From a virus (taxonomy: Duplodnaviria; Heunggongvirae; Uroviricota; Caudoviricetes), in the IMG/VR virus record IMGVR_UViG_3300012075_000001, positions 15,804-79,803 of that record: a stretch of 64,000 nucleotides of DNA. One strand, written 5' to 3'. The translations under genes and the position numbers were made by a program. Shown here one piece after another: positions 28,537 through 38,391 of this stretch. Under the pieces are notes generated by a model. The model searched no databases, was not told where the DNA came from, and was given only the letters and a program-made list of their open reading frames with translations. Each line of letters begins with the position of its first letter. Position 1 is the first letter of the stretch.

Positions 28537-29386
28537 AAAGCCTCTACGACTGTCAATTAAAGATCGCCTGAAGCTTTTGCGAAGAGCGTTAATTGTCGTA
28601 TTTAAGCCTAATATCAGACAGGTCAATGTAATTTGGCAAGAAGAAGTTGGCGATATCAAACAGCATGCCTTCTTTGTAGATGGCATTAAACCGAGTGATA
28701 TGACGTTCTTGTACTTCTCTTATGTGGCGGGAAATAGCGATACTTTTGAAGACCTAATGAGAAGGACTAAGTTTTTACTAGACAAAATCGCCGTAGCTTA
28801 TGCGTTGTATAACAAAGTCTCTACAAAGTCGATTCAATATACACCTGAGCCGTTTAGACTGGTTAAAAAGCTTAACCTACATTTGCTTGAGCGTAACTTT
28901 GACCCTGATCTATACGAGAACATCGTTTTAAATCACGAAGAAAACGTCCTGACTGTGTTTTTGTACTCACTGAACGGTAAATTAGTTGGCTATCAACAGT
29001 ACCGACCAGATTGCAAAGACAAGCGAACGAATGACCCTAAAATGGCTCGTTACTTCACTTACAGGACTCCTGGTAATATTGCAGTTTGGGGTTTGGAAAA
29101 ACTAGATTACAGCCAAAAGCGTTTATATGTGGTTGAAGGTATTTTTAAAGCCTCAGCCCTTCACATGCTCGGACTTAATGCGGTGGCTCTTTTAACTGGC
29201 TCCCCTTCTACAGATATGCTGAATTGGCTTCAGTCAGTACCTTTCGAGCTTTATGCTATTGGTGATAATGACGATACAGGCAAACGCCTAGTTCGCGCGG
29301 TGGGAAATGGCACATGTTTTGAAAAAGACGTGGACGAATACTCATTAGAAGAGTTGGAATCGTTATTGGGGTCTTCTCAAATTTAA
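28517..29386 (+). CDS. Toprim-domain protein, probable DNA primase
   Basis: VVEGIFKA (Toprim Glu) and AIGDNDDTGK (DxD). Confidence 0.5.
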   Translation: MQYMKNEKPLRLSIKDRLKLLRRALIVVFKPNIRQVNVIWQEEVGDIKQHAFFVDGIKPSDMTFLYFSYVAGNSDTFEDLMRRTKFLLDKIAVAYALYNKVSTKSIQYTPEPFRLVKKLNLHLLERNFDPDLYENIVLNHEENVLTVFLYSLNGKLVGYQQYRPDCKDKRTNDPKMARYFTYRTPGNIAVWGLEKLDYSQKRLYVVEGIFKASALHMLGLNAVALLTGSPSTDMLNWLQSVPFELYAIGDNDDTGKRLVRAVGNGTCFEKDVDEYSLEELESLLGSSQI

Positions 29387-29414
29387 TATCATATTTTTTA
29401 ATTTGTGCTTATAA

Positions 29415-29456
29415 TCAGTCACTACTGACTTATTGAATCGGTAGTGACTTTTTTAT
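29415..29456 (+). promoter_or_regulatory. palindromic motif embedded in terminator-like hairpin
   Basis: AGTCACTAC...GTAGTGACT stem then TTTTTT. Confidence 0.45.
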
Positions 29457-29475
29457 TTAAGGAATATTTATAAAA

Positions 29476-29934
29476 ATGCTACATAAATGCCCTAACGCTG
29501 GTTGTTCTAAAACCTTCTTTTTTAAACGTAACATGACCTGCTCAAACTGCGACGGAAGTAAACGTACTCCGCGTGTGCATTCTACGCCCGTGGCAGCGTC
29601 GCGTTACTCAAGTAATGACTTAACTCCTGAAGCGTTGTATGCGCAACAGAACGCTATGCAGCTGAATAACACATTGTTGGCACTAGAAAGCTCTGACAGC
29701 TCAAAAGACTGCAAATCTAGCGATGACAGCCACATTCGCCGTAATCAATGTGAAGATACCCCTTCTCGTACAGAGCCGTCATATACGCATTCTCATAGTC
29801 ATAGCAGCCATGATCACAGTAGCTCTTCGACTTCTTCATCTAGCGACAGTTGGAGTTCTTCATCTTACAGCTCAGACAGTAGCTCATCGTATGACAGCGG
29901 AAGCAGTTCGTCTTCTTCTGACAGTAGTTGGTAG
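29476..29934 (+). CDS. zinc-finger protein with extreme Ser/His-rich C-terminal tail
   Basis: CPNAGC...CSNC N-terminus. About 60 C-terminal residues are almost entirely S/H/D/Y. Confidence 0.45.
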   Translation: MLHKCPNAGCSKTFFFKRNMTCSNCDGSKRTPRVHSTPVAASRYSSNDLTPEALYAQQNAMQLNNTLLALESSDSSKDCKSSDDSHIRRNQCEDTPSRTEPSYTHSHSHSSHDHSSSSTSSSSDSWSSSSYSSDSSSSYDSGSSSSSSDSSW

Positions 29935-29939
29935 ATAAC

Positions 29940-30278
29940 ATGCGCACTACAGCGATGAAACTTGATTGGCATTGGTCGAAACCAAAAGAAAAAATTAGCC
30001 GTTTGGTTGCAACTCAAGCCATTAAACACCTAACTGAACATGGCTTTAACAATGACGATGCAAAGTTTTACTTTCGCGAATGCCGCGATGGATTCTATTA
30101 CAACGCTGAATCAAATATTTGGATGCTTGAATTTGCAGATAAAGCAAAGTGTTTAATAGATGATGATTGGGTTTTTCTTTCATCTAACACTAATGTGATA
30201 CATGAAGACCCTGAAGTGCTTCCGCTAATAGAGGTTGAGCGTATCGCTTTACGGATGATAACGATCTCAAATGATTAA
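29940..30278 (+). CDS. hypothetical protein
   Basis: ORF only. Confidence 0.4.
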   Translation: MRTTAMKLDWHWSKPKEKISRLVATQAIKHLTEHGFNNDDAKFYFRECRDGFYYNAESNIWMLEFADKAKCLIDDDWVFLSSNTNVIHEDPEVLPLIEVERIALRMITISND

Positions 30279-30322
30279 ATAATGTTTGGTTAATTGTTTT
30301 TATGAAAAATAATTACCAATAA

Positions 30323-30344
30323 ATCAGTCAGTACTGACTATACT
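30323..30344 (+). promoter_or_regulatory. palindromic motif + TATACT
   Basis: Perfect AGTCAGTACTGACTATACT. Confidence 0.5.
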
Positions 30345-30429
30345 TTTCGCCATAGAAGCACGAAAGGGAACGCTAAGACGTTTAGCGGTGCTTTTATAAA
30401 GTTCAAAATTAATTTTAGGAATACAAAAG

Positions 30430-31179
30430 ATGTGCTTTCACTGTTTTGCAGAAGATATCAAAAAATCGGGTCTAGGCGAAGTTGTTGTTTTGGAAATGAC
30501 AAAAGATGGTTTGCGTCCAGTTAATCTCAAACCAACAGGTAACGAAACCGCCATTAGCAACTTGGTTGGCGAAACAATTAAAGCGGCTCAAGCGAGAGGA
30601 GAAGCGCTTCAGCATAACAATATCTCAAACCGTGGGGCCGCAGGTGTTGCGGGTGTAAGCATTACAGACAGTGGTGTAATTGCGGGTATGGGTCTTACTG
30701 GCAAAGCAACCAAAGCTGAAGGCAAAATCGGCACAGCGGGAACGAGCCACAGCATCTTGACTAAACCGCTACCAGAAAAAGCAAACTTCGTTGCTTTGGG
30801 CGGCAATACAATTAAAGCCACAAACATCAACACATTAGATCAAGCATATACAGCAAGCGAAAAAATGCATCGCTTTGTTGTTCCAAATCTTGATGAATTA
30901 TTGCTTCGCACTCAAGCAAGTGTAGGCGCGTTAAGTGGTTTAAGCGTTCACTTAAACAATGGCGATGAAGATAAGTACTCGGAGGAACAATACGTCAAAG
31001 AGCTTATTAAGTTGACCGCTTTGAACTTCATGTCACTTCAGGAACGCGGCGTTGCTTTAGAAGATGTTGTGAAAGCAGTTACCCAAACTTTTGAAGAAAT
31101 GGGTACTCAAACGCTCCGTAACGAAATGACCAACTTCCTTAAAGAACGTGGTTTTGCCACTGATGTGAAGGCGGGTTAA
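30430..31179 (+). CDS. hypothetical protein (Gly/Ala-rich middle)
   Basis: Follows a promoter-like motif. Confidence 0.4.
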   Translation: MCFHCFAEDIKKSGLGEVVVLEMTKDGLRPVNLKPTGNETAISNLVGETIKAAQARGEALQHNNISNRGAAGVAGVSITDSGVIAGMGLTGKATKAEGKIGTAGTSHSILTKPLPEKANFVALGGNTIKATNINTLDQAYTASEKMHRFVVPNLDELLLRTQASVGALSGLSVHLNNGDEDKYSEEQYVKELIKLTALNFMSLQERGVALEDVVKAVTQTFEEMGTQTLRNEMTNFLKERGFATDVKAG

Positions 31180-31181
31180 TC

Positions 31182-31415
31182 ATGCCACGCGTCATCGTAC
31201 ACCAAGCAACAGACGGCACACTTCACCGCACTTATGACGAATATGTAAAGCATGAAGAGGCGTGTCGAATTGATGATGAATATGACAAGTCCAGTCTTCC
31301 GGTTCATCTAGATCACGTGAATGTTAAGTCATTCATCATCGACAACAAGGATGTTATCGAACAGATCATCCTTAAATCCAAAGTTAAACGTAAGGCCCAG
31401 CCTAAGAAGAAATGA
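31182..31415 (+). CDS. hypothetical protein
   Basis: ORF only. Confidence 0.35.
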   Translation: MPRVIVHQATDGTLHRTYDEYVKHEEACRIDDEYDKSSLPVHLDHVNVKSFIIDNKDVIEQIILKSKVKRKAQPKKK

Positions 31416-31594
31416 TCTCGATTCTCTTCAAAACACTTTTAATCATCCTTGTCGTTGTTGCATTTGTAACAGCGGCATTTAACTCAAACATTCGCAAAAA
31501 AGCGCTTGGTCACATGAATAAATACAGATGGCAAATTTTAGTTGTCATCACTGTTCTTTTGGCTATTTACGTTTATGCGACTTTAGGAACTTAA
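31412..31594 (+). CDS. small two-TM membrane protein (holin-like size)
   Basis: Two hydrophobic helices in 60 aa. Confidence 0.4.
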   Translation: MISILFKTLLIILVVVAFVTAAFNSNIRKKALGHMNKYRWQILVVITVLLAIYVYATLGT

Positions 31595-31595
31595 C

Positions 31596-32417
31596 ATGAA
31601 AATTAAAAGCTCTCTCCTTTTAGCCATTGCAGTTGGGCTATCAGTGGCTTTTACAGGCTGTTCAAAAGTTGAAACAGGTCACGTAGGTGTTGAATCTGTT
31701 TTCGGCAAAATGAAAATGGACGAATTAACTCCGGGTGTGTATCAAAGCATCACTCGTGATCTAAAGGTGATCAGCGTCCGCGAGACAACTGTTCCTTTGG
31801 AAAACATTCACCCTAAGACGAAAGACAACGTATCGATGCAAGAAGTCGATATGGACATTCGTTATATGATTCAACCAAACAAAGTGGCTGACACGCTCTC
31901 TAAGCTTGCTGGTGACTTAGGCGCTAACAAAGATGGCGATATGGTGGTTGGCGAACGCTTTGTCAAACGTCATGCATTAGAAGCAGTTTTTAAAGCGACG
32001 GCGAAGTATGACTCAAGCGAAATTCACTTAAAACGTGAAGAAATTGCTGCCGATGTAGTTGCTACATTACAGAAGTCTTTAGACAAAGAAATGCCCAATA
32101 CATTTACAATCGCTGGCACTTCTGTTCGCGCCCTTGTTACTGATGAAAAGTTGGAACAAGCAATTACTCGTGCCGCTCAAATTGAATTTGATATTTCACG
32201 CAAAAAAGAAGAGCAACACCTTGCAGATGCTCAGGCCCAAGTTACTTTAACTAAGGCTCGCGCCGAAGCTGAAGCTAACCGAATTGTTGGTGCATCACTT
32301 ACACCAATGCTAATTAAGAAGATGGAAATTGAAGCACAGCAAGCCTTTGCTCAAGAAGGCACTCACACTGTTTTACTCCCTTCTAATAGCGCAACCCCTC
32401 TCGTAAACGTTAAGTAA
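31596..32417 (+). CDS. SPFH/band-7 family lipoprotein
   Basis: Lipobox AFTGC after a signal peptide. Prohibitin/HflC-like core. Confidence 0.5.
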   Translation: MKIKSSLLLAIAVGLSVAFTGCSKVETGHVGVESVFGKMKMDELTPGVYQSITRDLKVISVRETTVPLENIHPKTKDNVSMQEVDMDIRYMIQPNKVADTLSKLAGDLGANKDGDMVVGERFVKRHALEAVFKATAKYDSSEIHLKREEIAADVVATLQKSLDKEMPNTFTIAGTSVRALVTDEKLEQAITRAAQIEFDISRKKEEQHLADAQAQVTLTKARAEAEANRIVGASLTPMLIKKMEIEAQQAFAQEGTHTVLLPSNSATPLVNVK

Positions 32418-32457
32418 AAGCTGATAAGCCAATATTGATGTTTTACAATGCAGTTAG

Positions 32458-32490
32458 ATAGTCAGTCACTACTGACTGCATTAATAAACC
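32458..32490 (+). promoter_or_regulatory. palindromic motif (variant)
   Basis: AGTCAGTCACTACTGACT then TTAATAAA. Confidence 0.4.
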
Positions 32491-32512
32491 ATTAAGTCAA
32501 GGCGGTTATGCA

Positions 32513-32779
32513 ATGAGCAATATAGCAATTTCTGAAACCGAACTGCTCAAACAAACTGAAGAGTGGTTCGAGGACACATTAAAACGTTTAGGCGAAATCG
32601 TAAAAGATGAAGATGAGAAACAAATCATCCTCAACACGGGCGAAGAAAAAATCCTTTTGGATAATCCAAAAGATATTCGCATTGCTCGAAATACTCTTCG
32701 AGCTATTTTAAATACGCTCCAGTACACATTCCCTTATACGACTAAAAGCGTTATTGCACAGGAAGTAGTTGCAGAATGA
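32513..32779 (+). CDS. hypothetical protein
   Basis: ORF only. Confidence 0.4.
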   Translation: MSNIAISETELLKQTEEWFEDTLKRLGEIVKDEDEKQIILNTGEEKILLDNPKDIRIARNTLRAILNTLQYTFPYTTKSVIAQEVVAE

Positions 32780-33309
32780 TTATTCGTGGTTTTGATACAG
32801 AGACTACAGGTTTAGAACAAGCTGAAGGTCATCGCATCATTGAAGTTGCGATTTTGTCTTATGACTCCAATACCCGTCAGCTCGTTGATAAATATGTGCA
32901 GCGCATAGATCCAGAGCGCTCAATCGACCCTAAAGCACAAGCGGTACATGGCATTGATTATAGCCAGCTTATCGGTTGCCCTAAATGGGAACAGGTTGCG
33001 CCCCAAGTTCATCATTTGCTAAGTACTAGCGATTTAGTAATTGCGCATAACATTGCCTTCGATATGCCCTTTACACAGGCTGAACTTCAGCGCGTTGGAT
33101 TACGTTTACCTCCCGTACAGCAGCTTTGTACGATGGATAAAGGTCGTTGGGCTACCTTTGATGGAAAATCACCGAAATTGGGTGAATTATGCTTTGCGCT
33201 TGATGTGGATTATGACCCTAAAGCTGCCCATGCTGCGGACTATGACGTTGATGTCATGATGCAATGTTTCTTTGCAGGCGTTGATCGCGGTTTTTATAGC
33301 ATCGCTTAA
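32776..33309 (+). CDS. DnaQ-like 3'-5' proofreading exonuclease (epsilon-like)
   Basis: Exo I FDTETTG, Exo II VIAHNIAFDMPF, Exo III HAADYDVDVM. Confidence 0.8.
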   Translation: MIIRGFDTETTGLEQAEGHRIIEVAILSYDSNTRQLVDKYVQRIDPERSIDPKAQAVHGIDYSQLIGCPKWEQVAPQVHHLLSTSDLVIAHNIAFDMPFTQAELQRVGLRLPPVQQLCTMDKGRWATFDGKSPKLGELCFALDVDYDPKAAHAADYDVDVMMQCFFAGVDRGFYSIA

Positions 33310-33390
33310 TTATCGCCAATAGCCATAAGTTAAATTTCAAGTTATTTAGGATTCGTTGTAATATAAGTCCAAGTACTTGAAATTTAACAT

Positions 33391-33738
33391 GTGATTATGG
33401 CACTTAAAGATAATATTAGAAGCCTTGTAGGCGAACAGGAATTTAATAACGTTCTACTGGAAGTAGAAGAAAACTTAACGGTAGAAACTAAGAACTTCAA
33501 CAACACCAAGAAGATCTCAAATGTTTGTTTGGTCGCTGGGGTTATTTGTTTGTTTATTCCTGCGCTTTGGATTATTGCAGCAATCTTATTGGTAATTGGT
33601 TTGGCTACGCTTAAACTAAAAACAGATTCCAAGAAGAAGGTCGATATCTTCAGTGAAGTTAAATATTTTTTGACCGAAGATGTTGAAAGCACTGAGGAAA
33701 ATTCCGAACGTTACAAGTACTTAATTAACCAATTGTAA
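33391..33738 (+). CDS. membrane protein
   Basis: Central double-TM hydrophobic stretch. Confidence 0.4.
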   Translation: MIMALKDNIRSLVGEQEFNNVLLEVEENLTVETKNFNNTKKISNVCLVAGVICLFIPALWIIAAILLVIGLATLKLKTDSKKKVDIFSEVKYFLTEDVESTEENSERYKYLINQL

Positions 33739-33926
33739 CTTGACCATATAGGCCCATAAGGTTATATTTGCCCTATGAGTTGTGAAACTCGCATTATCTT
33801 GTTTGTTTGTTTCGAGCCTATCGAAAGATAGGAAAACAATGAGATAACTTAGTTAAGTTGGGAAAGGCAATTGGAGAAATCTAATTGCCTTTTTCTTTAG
33901 CGGCTAAGCAAATAATAGGACTAAAA

Positions 33927-34178
33927 ATGGATAATCATGATTCTGAATCCCTTCGCATGACGCCTGAAGAGCTAAAACAGGCGGGTGAAATACTCTATGG
34001 CGCTCAGTGGCAAACAGAATTGGCCCGAGCAATTGATGTGGATCCGTGCAGAGTTAGACAATGGTTAACTGGCGAGCGCCTTATTCCAACAAGTTTGCGC
34101 AGTGAAATGATTCTACTCCTGAAGGAAAAGAGTAGAAAATCGGTTGAATATGCAGATTATTTAGATCAGCAGTTTTGA
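33927..34178 (+). CDS. small HTH DNA-binding protein
   Basis: ELARAIDVDPCRVRQWLTGER resembles an HTH. Confidence 0.4.
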   Translation: MDNHDSESLRMTPEELKQAGEILYGAQWQTELARAIDVDPCRVRQWLTGERLIPTSLRSEMILLLKEKSRKSVEYADYLDQQF

Positions 34179-34266
34179 TGGTTCCAATCTGGCAAACAAC
34201 CCCCTCGCGTTTAATATCCAACAAAAAAAATATCTAATAGATTGAATTTGTTAAGTCTTAGAGAAA

Positions 34267-34980
34267 ATGAATATTTTTATTTTGAACGATCAAAGCGTGA
34301 AAGATGTAAAAAATACACATGTCGCGCTTAAAGGGAAAAAATTAATTGCACGTGGACAGTTTTCAGGTGTCTACGAAAGCGGTAATTCAGATACGGTTTT
34401 AAAATTAAGTATTGATGCTATGGGCTACGAGTCCATATTCGGTTCAAACGCTTTGTCGCGTGAAAGTAATCATTTTACACAGCCTATCCGGGACTTTGGA
34501 AAAGTGGGTGAATTTGTTGTCGGTAAGAACATTAGTCAGACCGCAATTACTCAACCAAAAATGATGCCGGTACCAATGTTTTTATATGAAGTTGAACGTC
34601 TCGAAAAATTGCCAGTTAAGGGCGCAAACCGTTCGTTGGTCAATAGAATTTGCAAAAAGCTACGTATCCTTAATGGGTGTAGCTTTATCGATGACCGTCA
34701 CGAGCGAAACGTAACTTGCTTGATGGATTTAGCCGTTGATGAAAATTTGAAAGACCACCCGTCACTCGGTCTGAGCTTTCTTCAAATGGCTAATTTTTTG
34801 AAAGCAAATGCCGACGCTTTTCCTGACTTACATACGGGCAACTTTATGCAGAGAAAAGACGGTACTTTAGTAATTTCAGATCCAGTCGGTTCAACGAGCA
34901 TTTTTGAGTGCTGTAATACCTTCAAGCCTATCTCTTATGATGCTCCCATCATCATAAATAAAGAGCTAAGTTGCGCATAA
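34267..34980 (+). CDS. protein-kinase-like / APH-family phosphotransferase fold protein
   Basis: FPDLHTGNFMQRKDGTLVISDPVG resembles the APH/ChoK catalytic loop HGDLHPGNVL...VIDW. Confidence 0.35.
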   Translation: MNIFILNDQSVKDVKNTHVALKGKKLIARGQFSGVYESGNSDTVLKLSIDAMGYESIFGSNALSRESNHFTQPIRDFGKVGEFVVGKNISQTAITQPKMMPVPMFLYEVERLEKLPVKGANRSLVNRICKKLRILNGCSFIDDRHERNVTCLMDLAVDENLKDHPSLGLSFLQMANFLKANADAFPDLHTGNFMQRKDGTLVISDPVGSTSIFECCNTFKPISYDAPIIINKELSCA

Positions 34981-35102
34981 ATAAATGATTATTTATTGCA
35001 CAAGGCAACCTTTGCAGCTCGCCATCAAAATCTATTCTTTGTCCAACGGCGGTTAGTCATAATTCACTCATCGAAACAAACAACGTAACGAATGAGGTAA
35101 TT

Positions 35103-36041
35103 ATGACAGCTCAAGCAAATATTCAAGATGAAGTGCTTTTAGAGCAACTTTTTGATGATAGCAGCGACTTAACCGACCTAATGAAAGAACTTGATGGTCA
35201 AGAGGCTGCCCCTTTAAACGCAAGTGAAGAAGATGCACTCTCGCTTGAAGATCTCGAATTAGATGCAGCTTTAGTTGAAGAAGTAGCAGCTCAAGCTGAG
35301 CCAGTAACCGAAGAAGTGAAAGCTGAATCGACCGACTTACTCGACGGTTTGATAGATGAGGCTGATATCGACGCGGCTGCATTAGACCTGTCTGCTGCGG
35401 TTGCAGAAGAAGCGCCAGCTGAAGAGGTTAAAGTCGAAAAGAAAGCTAAGTCCAAAAAGACTAGCGCCAAAGAAACAGAAGCAGCGAAAGCGCAAGAGAA
35501 GCAGCAAGATGCAGCGCCTTCAACTTATCGCACAACATATCAAAACAGCAAAGTATCTGCTGTGTTGTTGTCGCGACTAGGCGAGAACGCGCATGACCAC
35601 CTTTTGCTTGAAGTTGATGACGTTGATTTACTTGAAAAAGATCCAGAAGCTTTGAAAGCTAAACAACAAGAGTTGTTAAACATACTCAATGCACGTCCGG
35701 GTAGTGGTTCATCTGTCACAACACAAAAGAAAGTAGCTGAAAAAATAGTGCAGCTCTTCACATGGTTGAAGAATGGCGGTGAATTGAACGTTGTTATGCA
35801 TCGAACTTTTGGCGTTCTTTTGAAAGATGGTTACATCACAACGAAGAAAGCGGGCAACTTGTATTCGAACTTGCTTGCAAAGCCTTACTCTCCTGGTACA
35901 GCAAGTGCGCAAAGCGGGCAAATGATGCAAATGTTGCCTATGTTAAAAATTACCATGAAAGACGAACAGGGTCGCTTAGTGCCTAACCCGAACTCACTCA
36001 TTCTTATGAAGATCAAGAGTGAATTATTTCCAGAGCTTTAA
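35103..36041 (+). CDS. hypothetical protein, acidic N-terminal motif plus A/E-rich linker
   Basis: N-terminus and 5' nucleotide sequence paralogous to gene 5183-6280. Confidence 0.5.
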   Translation: MTAQANIQDEVLLEQLFDDSSDLTDLMKELDGQEAAPLNASEEDALSLEDLELDAALVEEVAAQAEPVTEEVKAESTDLLDGLIDEADIDAAALDLSAAVAEEAPAEEVKVEKKAKSKKTSAKETEAAKAQEKQQDAAPSTYRTTYQNSKVSAVLLSRLGENAHDHLLLEVDDVDLLEKDPEALKAKQQELLNILNARPGSGSSVTTQKKVAEKIVQLFTWLKNGGELNVVMHRTFGVLLKDGYITTKKAGNLYSNLLAKPYSPGTASAQSGQMMQMLPMLKITMKDEQGRLVPNPNSLILMKIKSELFPEL

Positions 36042-36089
36042 TCAGTAATGATTAGGAGGGTTCGCCCTCCTTAAACTAAGGTGCTAGTG

Positions 36090-36434
36090 ATGAATTTAGA
36101 CGTATTGAAAAAATTAACGAATGAGGCCCTTTTCAAGCTGCAAGAGGGTGTGAAAGAAGAATTAGAAAGCCGTATAGATTACAGTGTTGGGGTTGGTAAG
36201 TGCGGAACTTTTTATGATCGCCGACTCGGTGTTCAGCGCCGCGTTCGAATTACAAAGGTTAATTCCAAATCCGTAACCGCTGTTGAGACTGGCGATAGTT
36301 ATGCTCCGGGTGAAAACTGGCGTATAAGTGCAACTTTGCTAAAAATAGAAGGTGTTATAAGAAAAGAGCGCAAAATAAAGCCTCGCGAAGAAGGGCCTAA
36401 GAAAATGGTCACAAAGTCTGAAAACGTATGGTAA
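36090..36434 (+). CDS. hypothetical protein
   Basis: SD AAGGTG before the ATG. Terminator follows. Confidence 0.4.
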   Translation: MNLDVLKKLTNEALFKLQEGVKEELESRIDYSVGVGKCGTFYDRRLGVQRRVRITKVNSKSVTAVETGDSYAPGENWRISATLLKIEGVIRKERKIKPREEGPKKMVTKSENVW

Positions 36435-36457
36435 AGGGCGATTAATCGCCCTTTTTA
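36433..36457 (+). terminator. rho-independent terminator
   Basis: AAGGGCGATTAATCGCCCTTTTT. Confidence 0.7.
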
Positions 36458-36572
36458 ATGCGCGTAATTTCGCGTATTTCGCATTTGTTTAACTCGATTG
36501 ATAAATTACACATCTTTTCTATAAAAGCGCTTAAAAACGCAATTTTTTATAAATAATCACAATTCCAATTGA

Positions 36573-36597
36573 TCAGTCACTACTGACTGTTTATAAT
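36573..36597 (+). promoter_or_regulatory. palindromic motif + TATAAT
   Basis: AGTCACTACTGACTGTTTATAAT. Confidence 0.5.
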
Positions 36598-36645
36598 CCT
36601 CGCTGTTATTTATATATTTATCTCAAATTATTAAGAGATAAGCAC

Positions 36646-37053
36646 ATGAAAGCATGTATAGATCAGTCACTATTTAGTGATTTTAATAAACCTCATATTG
36701 TTTATATGTCGATGACTCCGCGTGAAGAGTTTCGCCTTAACGGGTGCTTATGCGTGCCTACTCAACAAAGACTTATTGATCGTATTGAGGATTTAGAAAC
36801 AGAAGCGGTCGACAAGAGCGCAATCAAAGCCTACCTGAGAGAAATCAAAGGAAATTTGATCGATTCTGATGATCTGAAATGTCTTTCGGAAGAGCTTTTT
36901 GCACTTCAAGGACATTTACGCGGTGAAAACCGTAAGCGCATGACAGAAGTTTTAGAAGCATTTACTCACTTACGCCATGCGGTTGAAGGACAAAGCGAAT
37001 ATGCATGCGAACAAATTAAACATGTGGTTGAGGAATTAAAGCTGGCGAAGTGA
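36646..37053 (+). CDS. hypothetical protein
   Basis: ORF only. Confidence 0.4.
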   Translation: MKACIDQSLFSDFNKPHIVYMSMTPREEFRLNGCLCVPTQQRLIDRIEDLETEAVDKSAIKAYLREIKGNLIDSDDLKCLSEELFALQGHLRGENRKRMTEVLEAFTHLRHAVEGQSEYACEQIKHVVEELKLAK

Positions 37054-37119
37054 GTTGCCAGCATTTAACCCCAAAATTTTTTATCTATCATACACTTAAC
37101 TTAACAGAGAGTCACAACC

Positions 37120-38322
37120 ATGACACAATATCTTCGCCACAACACTTCATACACTTTTGCACCAGACGTAAGCGGTGTTGCTCTTGATAAATTGCCTGCT
37201 GGTTTCTACCGCGTTTGTTGGAATGACATTGCTGGTTTTTACCTTGAAATAGCAGAGCCTTTGACTCTTATTGCTAAAGCGTATGGTAATGCATACCAAC
37301 ATCAAGACCGCATCATGAATACATTCAATGAGCGCGTTGGTTTGCCTACAACAGTGCTTTTAGAAGGTTACAAAGGCACAGGTAAAACATTGCTTGCGAA
37401 AAAGCTATGTGTTGACTTCGTAAATGCTGGCGGCATTTGTCTTCTTCAGGGCAAAGCTTATACAGGGGACGCGTACAAAGCATTCCTTCAAAAGATTGAA
37501 CAGCAAAAAATTGTTTTCATTGATGAGTTTGACAAAGTTTATAACGAGTCAGACAAAGTAAACGATATGCTTACGTTACTTGATGGTATGTACCCAATGC
37601 ATACCTTGTTTATCCTCACTATGAATGCTGATTCACGCGGTTCTCGCTATGAATACTTCAGCAACCGTCCGGGACGCGTTTATTACAACATACACTTTGG
37701 CAGCATTAGCGAATCAACTATTCGTGAATATGCAGCTGACAATCTGATAAACAAATCACGAATTGATGAAATCATCGAATACGTTGGTCGTTTCTCAATG
37801 TTCAACATGGACATGCTTACCGTGTTGGTCAAGGAAGTTAATAATAACGAAAACATTTCCGTGCGTGAGCTAGGTGTTTTCTTAAATATTAAGCCAACCA
37901 TTTCATACGATGACGTTCGTCTTGATATTACAGCGACTTATAAAGGCTACGATGTTTCAAATTCACTTAATCGTGATTACTTGTCCGCTGATTATTTTGA
38001 ACGAATGGTCACAACAAATGATTTTCGCTTCCTTCTTCAAGTGTATCCAAATACCACTCGCAAAACTGATGATGGCGAAGTCAAACTTAATCACTACGAC
38101 GAGCCAGTTCGCGTTATCGGCTACATGGATGAAGAAAGCGGTAAGTTTGTAGAGTTACCTAAATACGAACGTCGTGTGACGCCATGCGAAGTTGAATGCT
38201 CATTCGATCCTAAAGAACGCGTCATGACGATTCATGACAAAGAAAATGACCTCATCATTAAAGCTTGTGCAAAGCCTCGCTTCAGCTACTTAAATCGCGA
38301 TTCTCGTACTGTAGTTTTCTAA
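37120..38322 (+). CDS. AAA+ ATPase
   Basis: Walker A GYKGTGKT, Walker B IVFIDEFDK. Confidence 0.6.
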   Translation: MTQYLRHNTSYTFAPDVSGVALDKLPAGFYRVCWNDIAGFYLEIAEPLTLIAKAYGNAYQHQDRIMNTFNERVGLPTTVLLEGYKGTGKTLLAKKLCVDFVNAGGICLLQGKAYTGDAYKAFLQKIEQQKIVFIDEFDKVYNESDKVNDMLTLLDGMYPMHTLFILTMNADSRGSRYEYFSNRPGRVYYNIHFGSISESTIREYAADNLINKSRIDEIIEYVGRFSMFNMDMLTVLVKEVNNNENISVRELGVFLNIKPTISYDDVRLDITATYKGYDVSNSLNRDYLSADYFERMVTTNDFRFLLQVYPNTTRKTDDGEVKLNHYDEPVRVIGYMDEESGKFVELPKYERRVTPCEVECSFDPKERVMTIHDKENDLIIKACAKPRFSYLNRDSRTVVF

Positions 38323-38391
38323 TCCAAATCGAAACATACAGGCTGTGCTTAGGTACAGCCTGTCTCCCAACTTAACTATTGGATATCGAAA

